A DNA stretch of 64,000 nucleotides, taken from the NCBI GenBank assembly GCA_963713975.1, contig OY970218.1, positions 800,001 through 864,000 on the forward strand, written 5' to 3'. A model generated the notes under the pieces. The model did not search any database. It saw nothing but the letters and a program-made list of their open reading frames with translations, and had not been told where the DNA came from. Both the position numbers and the translations under genes were made by a program. This document shows positions 46,740 to 57,685 of the stretch, piece after piece (the first letter of the stretch is position 1; each line of letters begins with the position of its first letter). Origin of the DNA: an uncultured Chloroflexia bacterium (GTDB lineage: Bacteria > Chloroflexota > Limnocylindria > Limnocylindrales > CSP1-4).

Positions 46740-49484
46740 ATGACCGCCACGACTCCGGCGACCGACCCCGCCACCGACGCCCCGCGCGAGCGCCGACCGC
46801 TCGACGCGATCTTCCATCCCCGCTCGATCGCGGTGGTGGGAGCCACCGAGAAGGAGGGCTCGGTCGGCCGGACCATCCTCTGGAACCTGCTCTCCTCCCC
46901 GTTCGGTGGAACGGTCTACCCGGTGAACCCCACCCGCCCCGCGATCCTGGGCGTGAAGGCATACCCGTCCCTCAGCGCCATCGATGAGCCGGTGGACCTG
47001 GCGGTCATCGTCACGCCCGCCAAATCCGCCCCGGGCCTGGTGGAAGAGTGCGGCCAGGCCGGGATCAAGGGCGTGATCATCATCAGCGCCGGGTTCAAGG
47101 AGATCGGGCCCGAAGGCGTGGAGCTCGAGCGCCTGGTCCTGGAGGCGGCGCGCCGCCACGGGATCCGCGTCGTCGGCCCCAACTGCCTGGGGGTGATGAA
47201 CCCGATCGGGCGGATGAACGCGACCTTCGCGGCCGGGATCGCCGCGCCGGGTCGAGTGGGCTTCGTATCGCAGTCGGGGGCACTCCTGACGGCGATCCTG
47301 GACTGGGCCGCGCACGAGGATGTCGGCTTCAGCTCCATCGTGTCGCTGGGCTCGATGCTGGACGTGGGATGGGGCGACGTCATCGACTACCTCGGCGATG
47401 ACCCCAATACCGACAGCATCGTCATCTACATGGAGACCATCGGCGACGCGAGAGGCTTCCTGTCATCGGCCCGCGAAGTTGCGATGACCAAGCCGATCAT
47501 CGTCATCAAGCCCGGGCGGACCGCCGAGGCGGCCAAGGCGGCGGCATCGCACACGGGCTCGCTCACCGGCTCCGACGACGTCCTGGACGCGGCGTTCCGC
47601 CGTGCCGGAGTGCTGCGGGTGGACTCGATCAGCGAGCTGTTCGAGGTCAGCGAGATCCTCGCCAAGCAGCCGCGCCCGAAGGGCCGGCGCCTGTCGATCG
47701 TGACCAACGCCGGCGGGCCCGGCGTCATCGCCACGGACGCCCTCATCGGCGGAGGCGGCGAGCTGTCCGCGATCAGCGACATGACGATGGAGGCGCTCAA
47801 CGCCGTCCTCCCGTCCGTGTGGAGCCACAACAATCCCATCGACATCATCGGCGACGCCCCGCCGGACCGGTACGCGAAGGCGCTCGAGATCGCCGCCGCG
47901 GACCCCGAGACGGACGGCCTGCTCGTGATCCTCACCCCGCAGGCGATGACCGATCCCACCGCCACGGCGCGAGCCCTCGTCAAGCACGCCCACATCGAAG
48001 GCAAGCCGGTCCTTGCATCGTGGATGGGCGGCCAGGACGTGGCTGAGGGTGCCGCGATCCTGCGCGAGGCGGGCATCCCGACGTTCGCCTACCCCGACAC
48101 CGCGTGCATCCTGTTCAACCACCTGTGGCGCTACGACACGAACCTGCGGTCGCTGTACGAGACACCGCGCCTGCCCATCGCACCCGAGCGCGGCGAGTTC
48201 CGCGAGGAGGTCGATCGGATCATCGCCGACGTCAGCGCCGAGGGCCGCTCCCTGCTCACGGAGTACGAGAGCAAGAAGGTCCTGGCGGCGTACGGCATCC
48301 CGATCACGGACACCGAACTGGCCGAGACACCGGAAGAGGCGGTCGCGGCGGCCGATGCCATCGGCTACCCCGTGGTCGCGAAGCTCCTGTCCCGGACGGT
48401 CACCCACAAGACCGACGTCGGTGGTGTCGTGCTAAACCTGCGCACGCCCGACGAGGTGCGGGAGGCGTTCGAGAAGATCCGGGACTCGGTGGCCCAGAAG
48501 GTGGGTGCCGAGCACTTCGAGGGCGTGACCATCCAGCCGATGATCAACTGGACCGGCTACGAGCTCATCGTGGGCAGCAGCCCCGATCCCCAGTTTGGCC
48601 CGGTCCTGCTGTTCGGGATGGGTGGCTCGCTGGTCGAGGTCTTCAGGGACCGCGCGCTGGCCCTGCCGCCGCTCAACATGAACCTCGCCCGGCATCTCAT
48701 CGACGAGACGCTCATCTCGCGTGCCCTCGTGGGCGTCCGAGGCCGGAAGCCCATCGACAAGGATGTCCTGGCCGCGCTCCTCGTCCGGTTCAGCGAGCTG
48801 GTCGCGGAGCAGCCGCGGATCGCGGAGATCGACATCAACCCGCTCCTCGCGTCTCCGGAGCGGATCATTGCCCTCGATGCGCGAGTAGTGCTGCATCCCG
48901 CGGACATCGCGGACGCGGACCTGCCGCGACTCGCCATCCGTCCGTATCCCCACGAGTACCAGCGTGAGGTCACCACGGACGACGGCGCCCGGCTCCTCGT
49001 CCGACCCGTCCGCCCCGAGGACGAGCCCACGGCGGCCCGGTTCCAGGCCGGCCTGTCGACCGAGACGGTCGTCGCCCGGTACGGCACGGATCGCCCGCTG
49101 GCGGAGCGCACCGCCCATGAGCGCCTGACGCGGATCTGCTTCGTGGACTACGACCGCCAGTTCGCGCTGGTCGCCGAGGTCCAGGGCGACGGGGATGCCG
49201 AGGACGGGGTGACCGAACCCGAGTTCGCGGCGATGTCGCGCGTCACCCGCATCCACGCGTCCAATGACCGGATGCTGACCGTGACCGTGGCCGACGCCTG
49301 GCAGCGGCGGGGCGTGGGAGCGCATCTCGTTGCGGCCGCGCTCGACGTGGCGCGCGGGGAGGGCGTCGAGCACCTGTGCGCCGAGCTGAACCCGATCAAT
49401 ACGGCGATGCGCGACCTGCTGGAGGAGGAGGGCTTTGCCTTCGAGACCCGCGGGGACCTGCTGGTGGCAAAGCTGACCCTCTGA
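46740..49484 (+). CDS. Bifunctional acyl/acetate-CoA ligase family protein with C-terminal GNAT domain
   Basis: [38 protein letters not shown]-grasp, RPYP, GNAT WQRRGVG. Confidence 0.92.
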   Translation: MTATTPATDPATDAPRERRPLDAIFHPRSIAVVGATEKEGSVGRTILWNLLSSPFGGTVYPVNPTRPAILGVKAYPSLSAIDEPVDLAVIVTPAKSAPGLVEECGQAGIKGVIIISAGFKEIGPEGVELERLVLEAARRHGIRVVGPNCLGVMNPIGRMNATFAAGIAAPGRVGFVSQSGALLTAILDWAAHEDVGFSSIVSLGSMLDVGWGDVIDYLGDDPNTDSIVIYMETIGDARGFLSSAREVAMTKPIIVIKPGRTAEAAKAAASHTGSLTGSDDVLDAAFRRAGVLRVDSISELFEVSEILAKQPRPKGRRLSIVTNAGGPGVIATDALIGGGGELSAISDMTMEALNAVLPSVWSHNNPIDIIGDAPPDRYAKALEIAAADPETDGLLVILTPQAMTDPTATARALVKHAHIEGKPVLASWMGGQDVAEGAAILREAGIPTFAYPDTACILFNHLWRYDTNLRSLYETPRLPIAPERGEFREEVDRIIADVSAEGRSLLTEYESKKVLAAYGIPITDTELAETPEEAVAAADAIGYPVVAKLLSRTVTHKTDVGGVVLNLRTPDEVREAFEKIRDSVAQKVGAEHFEGVTIQPMINWTGYELIVGSSPDPQFGPVLLFGMGGSLVEVFRDRALALPPLNMNLARHLIDETLISRALVGVRGRKPIDKDVLAALLVRFSELVAEQPRIAEIDINPLLASPERIIALDARVVLHPADIADADLPRLAIRPYPHEYQREVTTDDGARLLVRPVRPEDEPTAARFQAGLSTETVVARYGTDRPLAERTAHERLTRICFVDYDRQFALVAEVQGDGDAEDGVTEPEFAAMSRVTRIHASNDRMLTVTVADAWQRRGVGAHLVAAALDVARGEGVEHLCAELNPINTAMRDLLEEEGFAFETRGDLLVAKLTL

Positions 49485-49546
49485 GGCTGGGCGGGGGCAG
49501 TGCGGCGGCGGGGCCGCGGGCGGCGCCCGCGAATCCCGCCGGTCAG

Positions 49547-49674
49547 CGGTTCAACGGTCGGGTGGGCCGACGTTCCAGTCGCTCAGCGGCACATCTGTCG
49601 GCTGCACGCGCGCGCCCACCCGTTGAATATGCCGCTGAGCGGCGCAAACCGGGTCGCACCCGACGGTAGAGCCA
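49547..49674. repeat. 128-bp palindromic intergenic element, copy 2
   Basis: Colinear with 42703-42830; inner stem GTCGCTCAGCGGCA/TGCCGCTGAGCGGC. Confidence 0.7.
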
Positions 49675-49820
49675 CTCGGCGGTACGTGCCTGACAAGGCA
49701 CGAGCCGGGCGGGCGCTTGATGGCGGCGTCCAGCGTCCAGTTCGCAACCGTCGGCCGGATACGCGATCATGCCTTGGGCAGCCGGCCTCCGGTCTGTGCT
49801 GCCCAGCCGCCGGGAGTCTC

Positions 49821-51164
49821 ATGGCCAGCCGTCGCCGATCGCTCCGCGCCGCAAGCCTCGTCCTGATCGTCGGCTGTCTTGCCGTCTCTGGCATCGCTCC
49901 TGCCAGCCTCGGTGGTGCGCGACGGGCCGAGGCGGCCGAGCCATCGCCGACCGCGAACCCCGCGGTGGGTCCCGCACTGGAACCTCAAGCCGAACCGACC
50001 GCCACCCCGACTCCGGAGCCCAGCCCGCCGCCGGACGCCGCCGCGACCACAGCGCCGGACCCGATCGCGACGCCAGACCCGACCCCCTCGGCGGACCCAA
50101 CGTCAAGCCCCGAGCCGACCGCAACCCCGACTCCAACACCGACGCCACAGCCGGCCTCCGACTCCCTCCGCCTGGTCCGCTTGAAGGTCATCCGCGGGAG
50201 CATCTCGCCCAAGTCGGTGGTCGCCACCCAGACCGGCCTGTTCATCGCCCAGAACATGATGTACCGGCACTCGATGACCGTGTACAACCGCAAGGGCCAG
50301 CTGGTGAAGACGATCTCGGACAAGGTCGTCCTGGCCAGGTTCGGCTATCCGAAGTGGCCCCTGGCGGTGCGCGGCGCCCCGGTCGAGGCCGCCGTCGCAC
50401 CCGACGGCAAGCACGTGTACGTCTCCCAGTACTCGATGTACGGCCCGGGGTTCCGTCGGCCCGGCTGGGACACCGGGTGGGTCGACGATGCCATCGATCG
50501 ATCGTTCGTCTACGAGATCAGCACCAGCACGTTCAAGAAGACCCGCGTGTTCCGGGTGGGTCCCGTGCCCAAGGCGGTCGCCGTGAGCCCGGATGGGAAG
50601 TGGCTGCTGGCCGGCAACTGGACGAACCGCGACGTGTCGCTGGTCGACCTGCGAAAGGGGCGAGAGGTCAAGCGGATCGTCGTGGGCGGCAACCCGCGTG
50701 GGATCGCCTTCGCGCCCGACTCCTCCAAGGTCTATCTGAGCGCGGAATCGGGGCAGCGGGTGATGATCTACACGTTCTCGACAGGCAAGTTGCGCACCCT
50801 GATCCCGTTGCTGAAGGGTGAGCCACGCCACCTCGTGATCGACGGGGCCGGCAAGTACCTGTACGTCTCGCTCAACAAGGGCGGCGGCGTCGTGAAGATC
50901 GACATCGCCCAGAAGCGGGTGGTGGACCGGGTGAACACGGGCAGCCAGCCGCGGACCATCGTCCTGGCGCCGGACGGTCGCAGCCTGTATGTCGTCAACT
51001 ACCAGAGCCAGACCGTGGCCAAGGTGCGCACCCGAGACATGGCGGTCATCCAGCGCCTCAAGACGGTTGGAGTCCATCCCGTAGGCATCGACTACGACGT
51101 CCAGAGCCGGACCGTCTGGGTCTCCTGCTACCGGGGCACGATCGAGCGCTTCGCGGACCGCTAG
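49821..51164 (+). CDS. Secreted YncE/YVTN-family beta-propeller protein
   Basis: Signal peptide, PT linker, repeated VG..P..VAVSPDGK blades; GGGAG RBS. Confidence 0.88.
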   Translation: MASRRRSLRAASLVLIVGCLAVSGIAPASLGGARRAEAAEPSPTANPAVGPALEPQAEPTATPTPEPSPPPDAAATTAPDPIATPDPTPSADPTSSPEPTATPTPTPTPQPASDSLRLVRLKVIRGSISPKSVVATQTGLFIAQNMMYRHSMTVYNRKGQLVKTISDKVVLARFGYPKWPLAVRGAPVEAAVAPDGKHVYVSQYSMYGPGFRRPGWDTGWVDDAIDRSFVYEISTSTFKKTRVFRVGPVPKAVAVSPDGKWLLAGNWTNRDVSLVDLRKGREVKRIVVGGNPRGIAFAPDSSKVYLSAESGQRVMIYTFSTGKLRTLIPLLKGEPRHLVIDGAGKYLYVSLNKGGGVVKIDIAQKRVVDRVNTGSQPRTIVLAPDGRSLYVVNYQSQTVAKVRTRDMAVIQRLKTVGVHPVGIDYDVQSRTVWVSCYRGTIERFADR

Positions 51165-51189
51165 CGGGTCGGGGCCACCCGCCGCTCGA

Positions 51190-52278
51190 CTAGGGGCTCG
51201 CCGGGAGCTCCACGTGAAACGTCGCGCCCTGGCCCGTGCCGGCGCTCTCCGCCCACGCGCTGCCGTCCATCGCCTCCGCCAGCGCCCGCACGATCGCCAG
51301 TCCGATCCCGGCCCCACCCGTCGTCCGGCTGCGGGCCGCGTCCACGCGGTAGAACCGTTCGAACACCGCCTCCAGCTGGTCCGGGGCAAGTCCGGGCCCC
51401 TCGTCGGCAACGGACACCCGCGTTCGACCGGCCGCCCGACCTGCCGTGACGGTCACCCGCGAGCCGTCCGGCGCATGGCGCAGCGCGTTCGAGAGGTAGT
51501 TGGAGAGGATCTGGGCAAGCCGGTCCCGGTCCGCCATCGCCTCGGCACCGGCAGTCGGCAGCACGAGCGCCAGGCCACGCGTCCGTGCCTGCGGTGCGAA
51601 CCGCGCGCCCACCTCGCGCGCGACCTCGGCCGCGTCCACGGCCTCGATCTGCAAGGGCAGCTGTCTCGCCTCGGCCCGCCACAGCTCCGATAGGTCATTC
51701 ACCATCCGTGTCATCCGCGCGGTCTCCGACCGCAGCAGGTTCCACGTCTGGGCCGACGGCTGGATCACGCCGTCCTCCAGGCCCTCGAGGTAGCCGTCCA
51801 GCGTGGTCAGGGGGGTTCGCAGCTCGTGCGCCACGTCACCCACGAGCTGGAGCCGGCGGCGCTCCGTGGCCTCGAGCGAGCCCGCCATCTCGTTGAACGA
51901 CGTCGCCAGCTCGCCCAGCTCCCCGGGCTCGTCCGCGCCGACCCGCTCGGCGTAGTGGCCGCCGGCAACGCGTTGGGCGGCGCGCGCCATGGTGGAGATC
52001 GGCCGCGCGATGCGTGCTGCCACCGCGAGACTGACGATCCCCGCCGTCACCACGCCGATGATCGTCGCGGCGATCAGTGCCTGGCGCATCGCCTCCGTGA
52101 ATGCGGCCTGGGTGGCCTCGCCCATGACCTCGCCCATCGGATCGCCCGGCAGGTGGCCCATCGCGTCCGAGAAGTACCCGGGTCCTACGAGGGTCACGGC
52201 GATCGCCACGGTACCGACCGACGCGGCCGCCACGACCAGGAACGCGAGGAGGAGGCGGGCGCGGAGCGAGCTGGGCAT
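51190..52278 (-). CDS. HAMP-domain sensor histidine kinase (BaeS/CopS-like)
   Basis: Two TMs around a His/Met loop (DAMGHLPGDPMGEVMG), HAMP, HELRTPL, N box, GAGIGL. Confidence 0.92.
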   Translation of the reverse strand: MPSSLRARLLLAFLVVAAASVGTVAIAVTLVGPGYFSDAMGHLPGDPMGEVMGEATQAAFTEAMRQALIAATIIGVVTAGIVSLAVAARIARPISTMARAAQRVAGGHYAERVGADEPGELGELATSFNEMAGSLEATERRRLQLVGDVAHELRTPLTTLDGYLEGLEDGVIQPSAQTWNLLRSETARMTRMVNDLSELWRAEARQLPLQIEAVDAAEVAREVGARFAPQARTRGLALVLPTAGAEAMADRDRLAQILSNYLSNALRHAPDGSRVTVTAGRAAGRTRVSVADEGPGLAPDQLEAVFERFYRVDAARSRTTGGAGIGLAIVRALAEAMDGSAWAESAGTGQGATFHVELPASP

Positions 52279-52994
52279 CAGTCGCCCTCGCACAACCGGT
52301 AGCCAACACCGCGGACCGTCTCCACGAACCGGGGGTGGGCCGGGTCGTCGCCCAGCTTGCGCCGCAGGTTGGCGATGTGGACGTCCACGAGGTGGTCGTC
52401 GCCAGCGAACTCCACGCCCCACAGCGCATCCAGAAACGCCGGGCGACCGACGACGATGCCGGGCTCGCGCGCGAGCATGGCCAGGAGGTTGAACTCGAGC
52501 GCCGTCAGCTCCACGGACGCCCCGTCCACGCGCACCAGCCGGCGCCCCTCGTCGATCTCGAGGCCGGCGGGCACGACCCCGGTGGCGGTCACGGCCCCGG
52601 TGGCGGGCACGACGTGGCCCGCCCGCGGGCGGCGCAGGAGCGCCTTGATCCGGGCGACGACCTCGCGCGGCGAGAACGGCTTCACGAGGTAGTCGTCCGC
52701 CCCGACCGTGAGCCCCATGATCCTGTCGATCTCCTCGCCCCGGGCGGTCAGCATCAGCACGTAGGCGTCGGAGAAGGTTCGCAGCTGCCGGCAGACCTCG
52801 ACGCCGTCGAGCCCGGGCAGCATGACGTCCAGGATGACGACGTCCGGATCGATGCTGCGGACGGCATCGAGACCCGCGATCCCGTCGGCGGCGCTCGCCA
52901 CCGCCCAGCCCTCGCGCTCGAGATAGCCGGTCAGCAGCTCCACGATGGGCGGCTCGTCATCGATCACCAGGATGCGGGCGGGACGCGGCTCCAT
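52278..52994 (-). CDS. OmpR-family response regulator
   Basis: ILVIDDE, ILDVMLP, GADDYLVKPF, VETVRGVGY. Confidence 0.95.
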   Translation of the reverse strand: MEPRPARILVIDDEPPIVELLTGYLEREGWAVASAADGIAGLDAVRSIDPDVVILDVMLPGLDGVEVCRQLRTFSDAYVLMLTARGEEIDRIMGLTVGADDYLVKPFSPREVVARIKALLRRPRAGHVVPATGAVTATGVVPAGLEIDEGRRLVRVDGASVELTALEFNLLAMLAREPGIVVGRPAFLDALWGVEFAGDDHLVDVHIANLRRKLGDDPAHPRFVETVRGVGYRLCEGD

Positions 52995-53009
52995 GCGCGC
53001 AGTGTGCCA

Positions 53010-54257
53010 TCAACCCCGAGGGACCTCCTCGGGCGCCGGCACCGCCTTGAAGCTCCGGTACAGCAGCACGTCGTAGACGATCTTGATCGACCCCCCGATG
53101 ACGAATGGCAGGCCGATGAACGCCGCACCACCCATCAGCGGCGCGGACAGCAGGGGTGCGGCCGCGGCCCCCATCGAGCGGGCGATGCCGGTGATCCCCG
53201 CCGCCGCGGATCGCTCGTCGGGGTCGACCACGGCCATGGTGTAGGACTGCCGGGTGGGCACGTCCATCTGGCTGATGGCAAAGCGTGCGAGCAGGAGCAG
53301 CACCGCGCTCTCCAGCGTCGGCATGAACGGGACCATGATCAGCATCACGTTGGACGGCAGGTGCGTGTAGACCATCGTGCGCACGAGGCCGATGCGGGCC
53401 GCGATCCGGGCCGCCGCCAGGGCTGAGAAGCCGGCAAGCAGGTTGGCGACGAACAGGATCCCGCCGATGAGGGCCGGACTCGCCCCGAAGCGCAGGGTGA
53501 ACCACCAGGCGACGAGGGCCTGGACCACGAACGCCCCACCGAACGCGTCCAGCGCGAACAACCCCGACAGCTTGGCAACGATCCGCTGGGAACGATGGAG
53601 CCCCAGCCGCCGGGCAACCGATACGTCGGGAGCGTCCGGGACCTCGACGGCCGGCGAGACCCTCGAGAACAAGGCGGCGAGCACGAGCCCCAGCACCGCG
53701 TAGGCCAGGATCACGTCACGGTACGCCTCCACGGGACGCATGCCCGAGGCGATGAACGCGGCCGCCAGCGTCCCGCCGGCCAGGGCTCCGGCGGCCGTGG
53801 CGAACGATCCGACCAGGTTGAACCAGGCAAAGACGCGGGTCCGCTCGCGATCTGGGATCGTCTGCGCCAGGGACGCCTGTTCGACGGCGAGGAACGGCCC
53901 GACCTCGTTGCCGCTCGGGCTGATCACGCCGATGACGGCAGCCAGCACCAGGATCGGCAGGACGTTGGTGGCGGCGAAGCCGACTCCTGCCCCGGCCATC
54001 AGGATCGCCCCGACCAGCAGCACGCGACGGCGTCCGACGCGGTCGGCGTGGGTGGTCAGCCACAGGGAGATCGCAGCATCACCCGCCAGGGTCAGGCCGA
54101 GGAGCAGCCCAATCGCCACGTCCGGCAGCCCCATCGCCGCCAGGTAGAGCACGAGGACGATCGACACGAGCCCGTAGCCGAACATGCGCAGGCCACGGGT
54201 CCCGAACAGGAGCCGCGCGTCACGACCAAGGATCGGCGGGCGATCGCTCGTGGTCAG
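53010..54257 (-). CDS. MFS transporter (probable CTG start)
   Basis: About 12 TMs, ADRVGRRR motif A, SPSGNEVGPF, MDVPTRQSY; GAGAGGA RBS 7 nt before CTG. Confidence 0.88.
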   Translation of the reverse strand: MTTSDRPPILGRDARLLFGTRGLRMFGYGLVSIVLVLYLAAMGLPDVAIGLLLGLTLAGDAAISLWLTTHADRVGRRRVLLVGAILMAGAGVGFAATNVLPILVLAAVIGVISPSGNEVGPFLAVEQASLAQTIPDRERTRVFAWFNLVGSFATAAGALAGGTLAAAFIASGMRPVEAYRDVILAYAVLGLVLAALFSRVSPAVEVPDAPDVSVARRLGLHRSQRIVAKLSGLFALDAFGGAFVVQALVAWWFTLRFGASPALIGGILFVANLLAGFSALAAARIAARIGLVRTMVYTHLPSNVMLIMVPFMPTLESAVLLLLARFAISQMDVPTRQSYTMAVVDPDERSAAAGITGIARSMGAAAAPLLSAPLMGGAAFIGLPFVIGGSIKIVYDVLLYRSFKAVPAPEEVPRG

Positions 54258-54351
54258 GCGATGATCCTCTCGACACGTCGACCGGCGCACCCCGGCCGCA
54301 CGAGTCCATCATCGGCTGCGGCGAGGATCCGTGCGTGACCTTCGGGCGGCC

Positions 54352-55905
54352 CTAGGTCGGGCGGTCCACGATGGTGATCAGGCCGCCGTACATCCCCATC
54401 GAGCACGTGTAGCTGAGCGTGCCCGCGTCGAGCGCCGGCAGGTCGATCACGTTGTCGCCCTCGCGCAGGCGCATCTCGATGCCCAGGTCGGGCACCACCA
54501 GGAACGCCGCGCAGGACCGGGCCGTGGACGACTCGATGGTCCACGTCGTGGGGATCCCCGCGTAGATCGAGACATTGCCGGGGCTGTACCCGTCGACGTG
54601 CTGGTAGGTGCGCAACTGCTGCGCATCGCCTGCCGGCGCGGCGCCAGGCTGGGTGGCTGCTGCCGACAACGGAGCAGCGTCAGCGACCGCGACGCCGATC
54701 CCTGGAAGGTTGACACCCACGAGGCGCAGCCCCGCCCCGCCGTTGAGGATGGCGAACCCGATGACCACGACGCCGACGAACCGGAGCAGCGTCGGTCGGG
54801 CGCGAGTGGGCACGACCAGTGGCAGGCCGGCCAGCGCCAGCAGGCCCGGGGCGGTTCCGATCGCGAACACCGCCATGATCGCGCCGGCGACGAGGGGATC
54901 ACCGGTGGAGAGCGCGTAGATCTGCACGGCCTGCGTGAACCCGCAGGGGAGGAAGAACGAGAGCGCACCGAGCCCTGCCGCGCGGGTGTCGGAATAGGCG
55001 GTGACCGAGCCATCGCCCAGGCCCAGCCGGCGACCCAAGCCCATCGGCAGCGTCGGCGACCACGTCGCCACCCGCGGCGACAGCCCGGTGAGACGGGCTC
55101 CGAGGATCGTCATCATGATCGCGACGGCGACCATCAGCAGCGCGGTCACCTGGGCGGGCATCGCAACGCTCGCTCCCAGGGCGCCCAGCGTCGCGCCAAG
55201 CACGCCATAGCCGACGATCCGGCCCGCCATGAAGGTCGCCGCCGGGCGCATCCGGGTGAGGAGGTCTTCGTCCGCGCCGGCGGATCCCGCACGGTTCGCC
55301 TCGTAGGCCGCCGAGAGTGCGAGCACCAGGCCACCGACGAGCACCATGCAGGTCGAGACGCCGGCGGCGAGGCCCAGCAGCAGCGCCACCAGGAGACCGC
55401 CACTGCCGAGGTCGCCGATGCCGGAGGCAAGGTTCGCGATCCCGGTCGCCTGGGCGACGACCACGGCCGTCGCGACCAGGAGGATCCCGCCGGCTGCGGT
55501 CGCCCAGACCCTCGCATCACGCTCCAGCCACGGCGTCCGGCCAACCTCGTAGCCTGCGGCGTGGATCGCCTGCTCGATGGCGGCGGGGGGAACGGGCGCC
55601 GAGCTCTCGATGGTGACCCGACCGTGGACCGCCGACGCCGTCGCGCGCTGCACGTTGGGGAGTCGCCCGACGTTGCGCTGGATCCGGACCTCGCAAGACC
55701 GGCAGGTCATCCCCGCCACGGGGACGGTGACGGAGATGACCGGGGACGCGGCAGCTTGAGCGGGCCCGGAGGGGACGCCCGAGCCCGAGGGCCGAGGGGT
55801 CCGGCCCATGCGCGATTCCCGCCGTTCGACGGCGATCCGGTGCAGCTCGTCGGGATCCATGGTGGCCGGAGGGCTCACCGGGAGGCTGGGATCTCGAGTG
55901 GCCAT
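54352..55905 (-). CDS. HMA + DsbD_2/TauE-like membrane + cupredoxin-like domain protein
   Basis: GMTCRSC HMA motif; STC..LVGG and FLPCG membrane motifs; C-terminal YTCSMGMY. Confidence 0.9.
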   Translation of the reverse strand: MATRDPSLPVSPPATMDPDELHRIAVERRESRMGRTPRPSGSGVPSGPAQAAASPVISVTVPVAGMTCRSCEVRIQRNVGRLPNVQRATASAVHGRVTIESSAPVPPAAIEQAIHAAGYEVGRTPWLERDARVWATAAGGILLVATAVVVAQATGIANLASGIGDLGSGGLLVALLLGLAAGVSTCMVLVGGLVLALSAAYEANRAGSAGADEDLLTRMRPAATFMAGRIVGYGVLGATLGALGASVAMPAQVTALLMVAVAIMMTILGARLTGLSPRVATWSPTLPMGLGRRLGLGDGSVTAYSDTRAAGLGALSFFLPCGFTQAVQIYALSTGDPLVAGAIMAVFAIGTAPGLLALAGLPLVVPTRARPTLLRFVGVVVIGFAILNGGAGLRLVGVNLPGIGVAVADAAPLSAAATQPGAAPAGDAQQLRTYQHVDGYSPGNVSIYAGIPTTWTIESSTARSCAAFLVVPDLGIEMRLREGDNVIDLPALDAGTLSYTCSMGMYGGLITIVDRPT

Positions 55906-55981
55906 GGGACGCAGGCTCCTGGATCAGGTCGGCTGATGGGACAAGCGTGACCCGCGGGAGCCAGAAATCCAATGCAGCAGG

Positions 55982-56010
55982 GACAAAGCCACCGTCAAGA
56001 TTCGGTCAAG
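55982..56010. promoter_or_regulatory. GTCAAG direct repeats at 11-bp spacing, candidate OmpR-type operator
   Basis: GACAAA 55982, GTCAAG 55994, GTCAAG 56005 upstream of the HMA-MFS-RR-HK cluster. Confidence 0.5.
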
Positions 56011-56148
56011 GGCGCTGGTGGGCGGAATTCGGGCGTCGATCATCGGTTCCAGGCCCGGCGCAGGTCCATGCAGCCCGCCTCAGGTGTGGGTACAGCCTTG
56101 GTCCAGTCGGGGCGGACCTGGACGGCCCGTGGTCCTTCGGGCTGGTGA

Positions 56149-56223
56149 TGGTCGGGGCGGTGGGATTCGAACCCACAGCCTCGTGCTCCCAAAGCACGTG
56201 CGCCACCGTTGCGCCACGCCCCG
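56149..56223 (-). tRNA. tRNA-Pro (anticodon TGG)
   Basis: CGGGGCG/CGCCCCG-ACCA; anticodon arm CGTGC-TTTGGGA-GCACG; T-arm GTGGG-TTCGAAT-CCCAC. Confidence 0.96.
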
Positions 56224-56540
56224 ACAGATTCCGCGCTCGCGAAGCGCATGCGCTTCGGTGCGAGCGGACCGGAGCCTAGGCTACACCGCATGCTGACGGG
56301 GAGGCGACCGACGCTCCAACACGCCCCGCTCCAACGACCTTCTTGCGGCGCGAGCGGCACGAGGCTCCCTGGAATGCCCGAGTTCAACCTGCTCCGAGTA
56401 CAGCGTCGACATCGTCCGCCTGGCCGAGGAGCTCCGGGCCGTGGTGGGTCTGGCACCGGACACTCGCATCATCGAGAATCGAGAATCGAGCATCGTTTAT
56501 CTATTGTCAGCCGGCGCGGGATCTGCCAAGGTACCCAACC

Positions 56541-56615
56541 TGCGGGAGGCACTGACGCGTGGTCCATACCCTGGTCGCCGGGACCGCGCTGAGCCACTGG
56601 CGAGACCGACCCGCA
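56541..56615 (+). ncRNA. c-di-GMP-II-like riboswitch (GAG-type variant)
   Basis: P1 TGCGGG/CCCGCA, kink-turn GGCACTGA...GAGCC, TCGCC/GGCGA pseudoknot; GAGCCACTGGCGAGACCGACCCGC identical to the 18246 copy. Confidence 0.82.
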
Positions 56616-56640
56616 CGTTCACCCCAGGGAGGTTGATCAG

Positions 56641-57198
56641 GTGCGAAGACTCAGAGTCGGCTTGGTGGCGCTAGTGGCCCTCGTAGTTCTTGCCAGCGCC
56701 GCGGTCGCGGTCGCGGGCGACGGCAAGCACGGGATGGGGCGGAGCGGCGATCGCGAACACTACACGGCGATCAAGGTCACGAACCCCAACAATCCAGCCG
56801 AGGTGTCGCGCAAGCTGGTCCGCGAGAAGTCGCCGAGTGCCGTGCTCGACCAGCACATGAAGGCCCTCAATGGCTGCGACTGGAAGGGGCTGATGCAGCA
56901 GTATCCCGACACCTACCAGCTCCGTCTGCCGGGCGGCACCGTGGTCACGGGTCGAACGGAGGCAGCCGCGACATTCGCCGGGTTCGTCAAGCCGCACGCC
57001 GAGGGCGGGCTCTGCGGGATCACGTTCACCGAGCTGTCCCGGCAGGTCACCGGCGGCACGCTGGCCGTCACCTGGGAAGCCAACGCGTCATTCCTGGCAG
57101 AGCCCTACCAGGGCTCCGATGCCTACATCACCGACGACGGCCTGATGGTGTCGATGGTCAGCACCTTCGACGGCGCCGAACTCAAGTTCAAGCCCTGA
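56641..57198 (+). CDS. Secreted NTF2/SnoaL-like protein
   Basis: Signal peptide; AVLDQHMKALN..DW..LM..Y...VVTGR pattern; GGAGG RBS. Confidence 0.75.
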   Translation: MRRLRVGLVALVALVVLASAAVAVAGDGKHGMGRSGDREHYTAIKVTNPNNPAEVSRKLVREKSPSAVLDQHMKALNGCDWKGLMQQYPDTYQLRLPGGTVVTGRTEAAATFAGFVKPHAEGGLCGITFTELSRQVTGGTLAVTWEANASFLAEPYQGSDAYITDDGLMVSMVSTFDGAELKFKP

Positions 57199-57685
57199 GT
57201 GACGCAACTCCTCTGATCTAGCCCGACGGGCTGGCAGATCGGCTGCGCAGCCCGACCATCTATCGACTGCGGACGAGCCGCCCGGGGACCCCCCGGGCGG
57301 CTCCCAAGCATGTGCACCAGCTCTGCCCTCGGCCTGGGGGATCGCCGCTGCCCTGCCGTGGGTCTTCCTCATCGGGTGGTGCTTGGCCTCAGCCACCGTC
57401 CACCGGATACGGCGCAGGGGCTGACGGCGAATTCTCACGCGGACCGTGGCCGTGACAAAGTCCCCACTGGTGGCCACGCAATGGTCCCCGCCCGGATGAG
57501 CACCCCGGGAGCGTCCGGTGGGGCCCCAAAGCGCCGGCCCGAGGCACCGACCGATCCCGGCACGGACGTTGGGATGCTCGCGTCGGGCAAACGCCCGTTG
57601 ACGTCCGGGCTCTGACCGGTACAGTGCGCGGACGCGGCGCATCTTGGCGTGCCGCGGTCGGGGAGCGGAAGGAGCGGCACGGCGC

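Noticed and set aside
56106-56115. GTCGGGGCGG repeats part of the tRNA-Pro(TGG) 3' end about 45 bp downstream
   Set aside because: Only 10 bp in high-GC DNA, inside a probable terminator hairpin (GTCCAG...CTGGAC), with no cargo or integrase.
56281-56493. 70-aa minus-strand ORF upstream of tRNA-Pro(TGG)
   Set aside because: No clear RBS, Arg/Ser-rich shadow-like composition, and it overlaps probable promoter DNA.
57450-57530. GACAAA...ACGCAA followed by a stem, loosely like a c-di-GMP-I (GEMM) riboswitch upstream of the small-ORF/ligase pair
   Set aside because: The first stem and GNRA tetraloop cannot be formed; only the GC-rich second hairpin is real. A cmscan would settle it.
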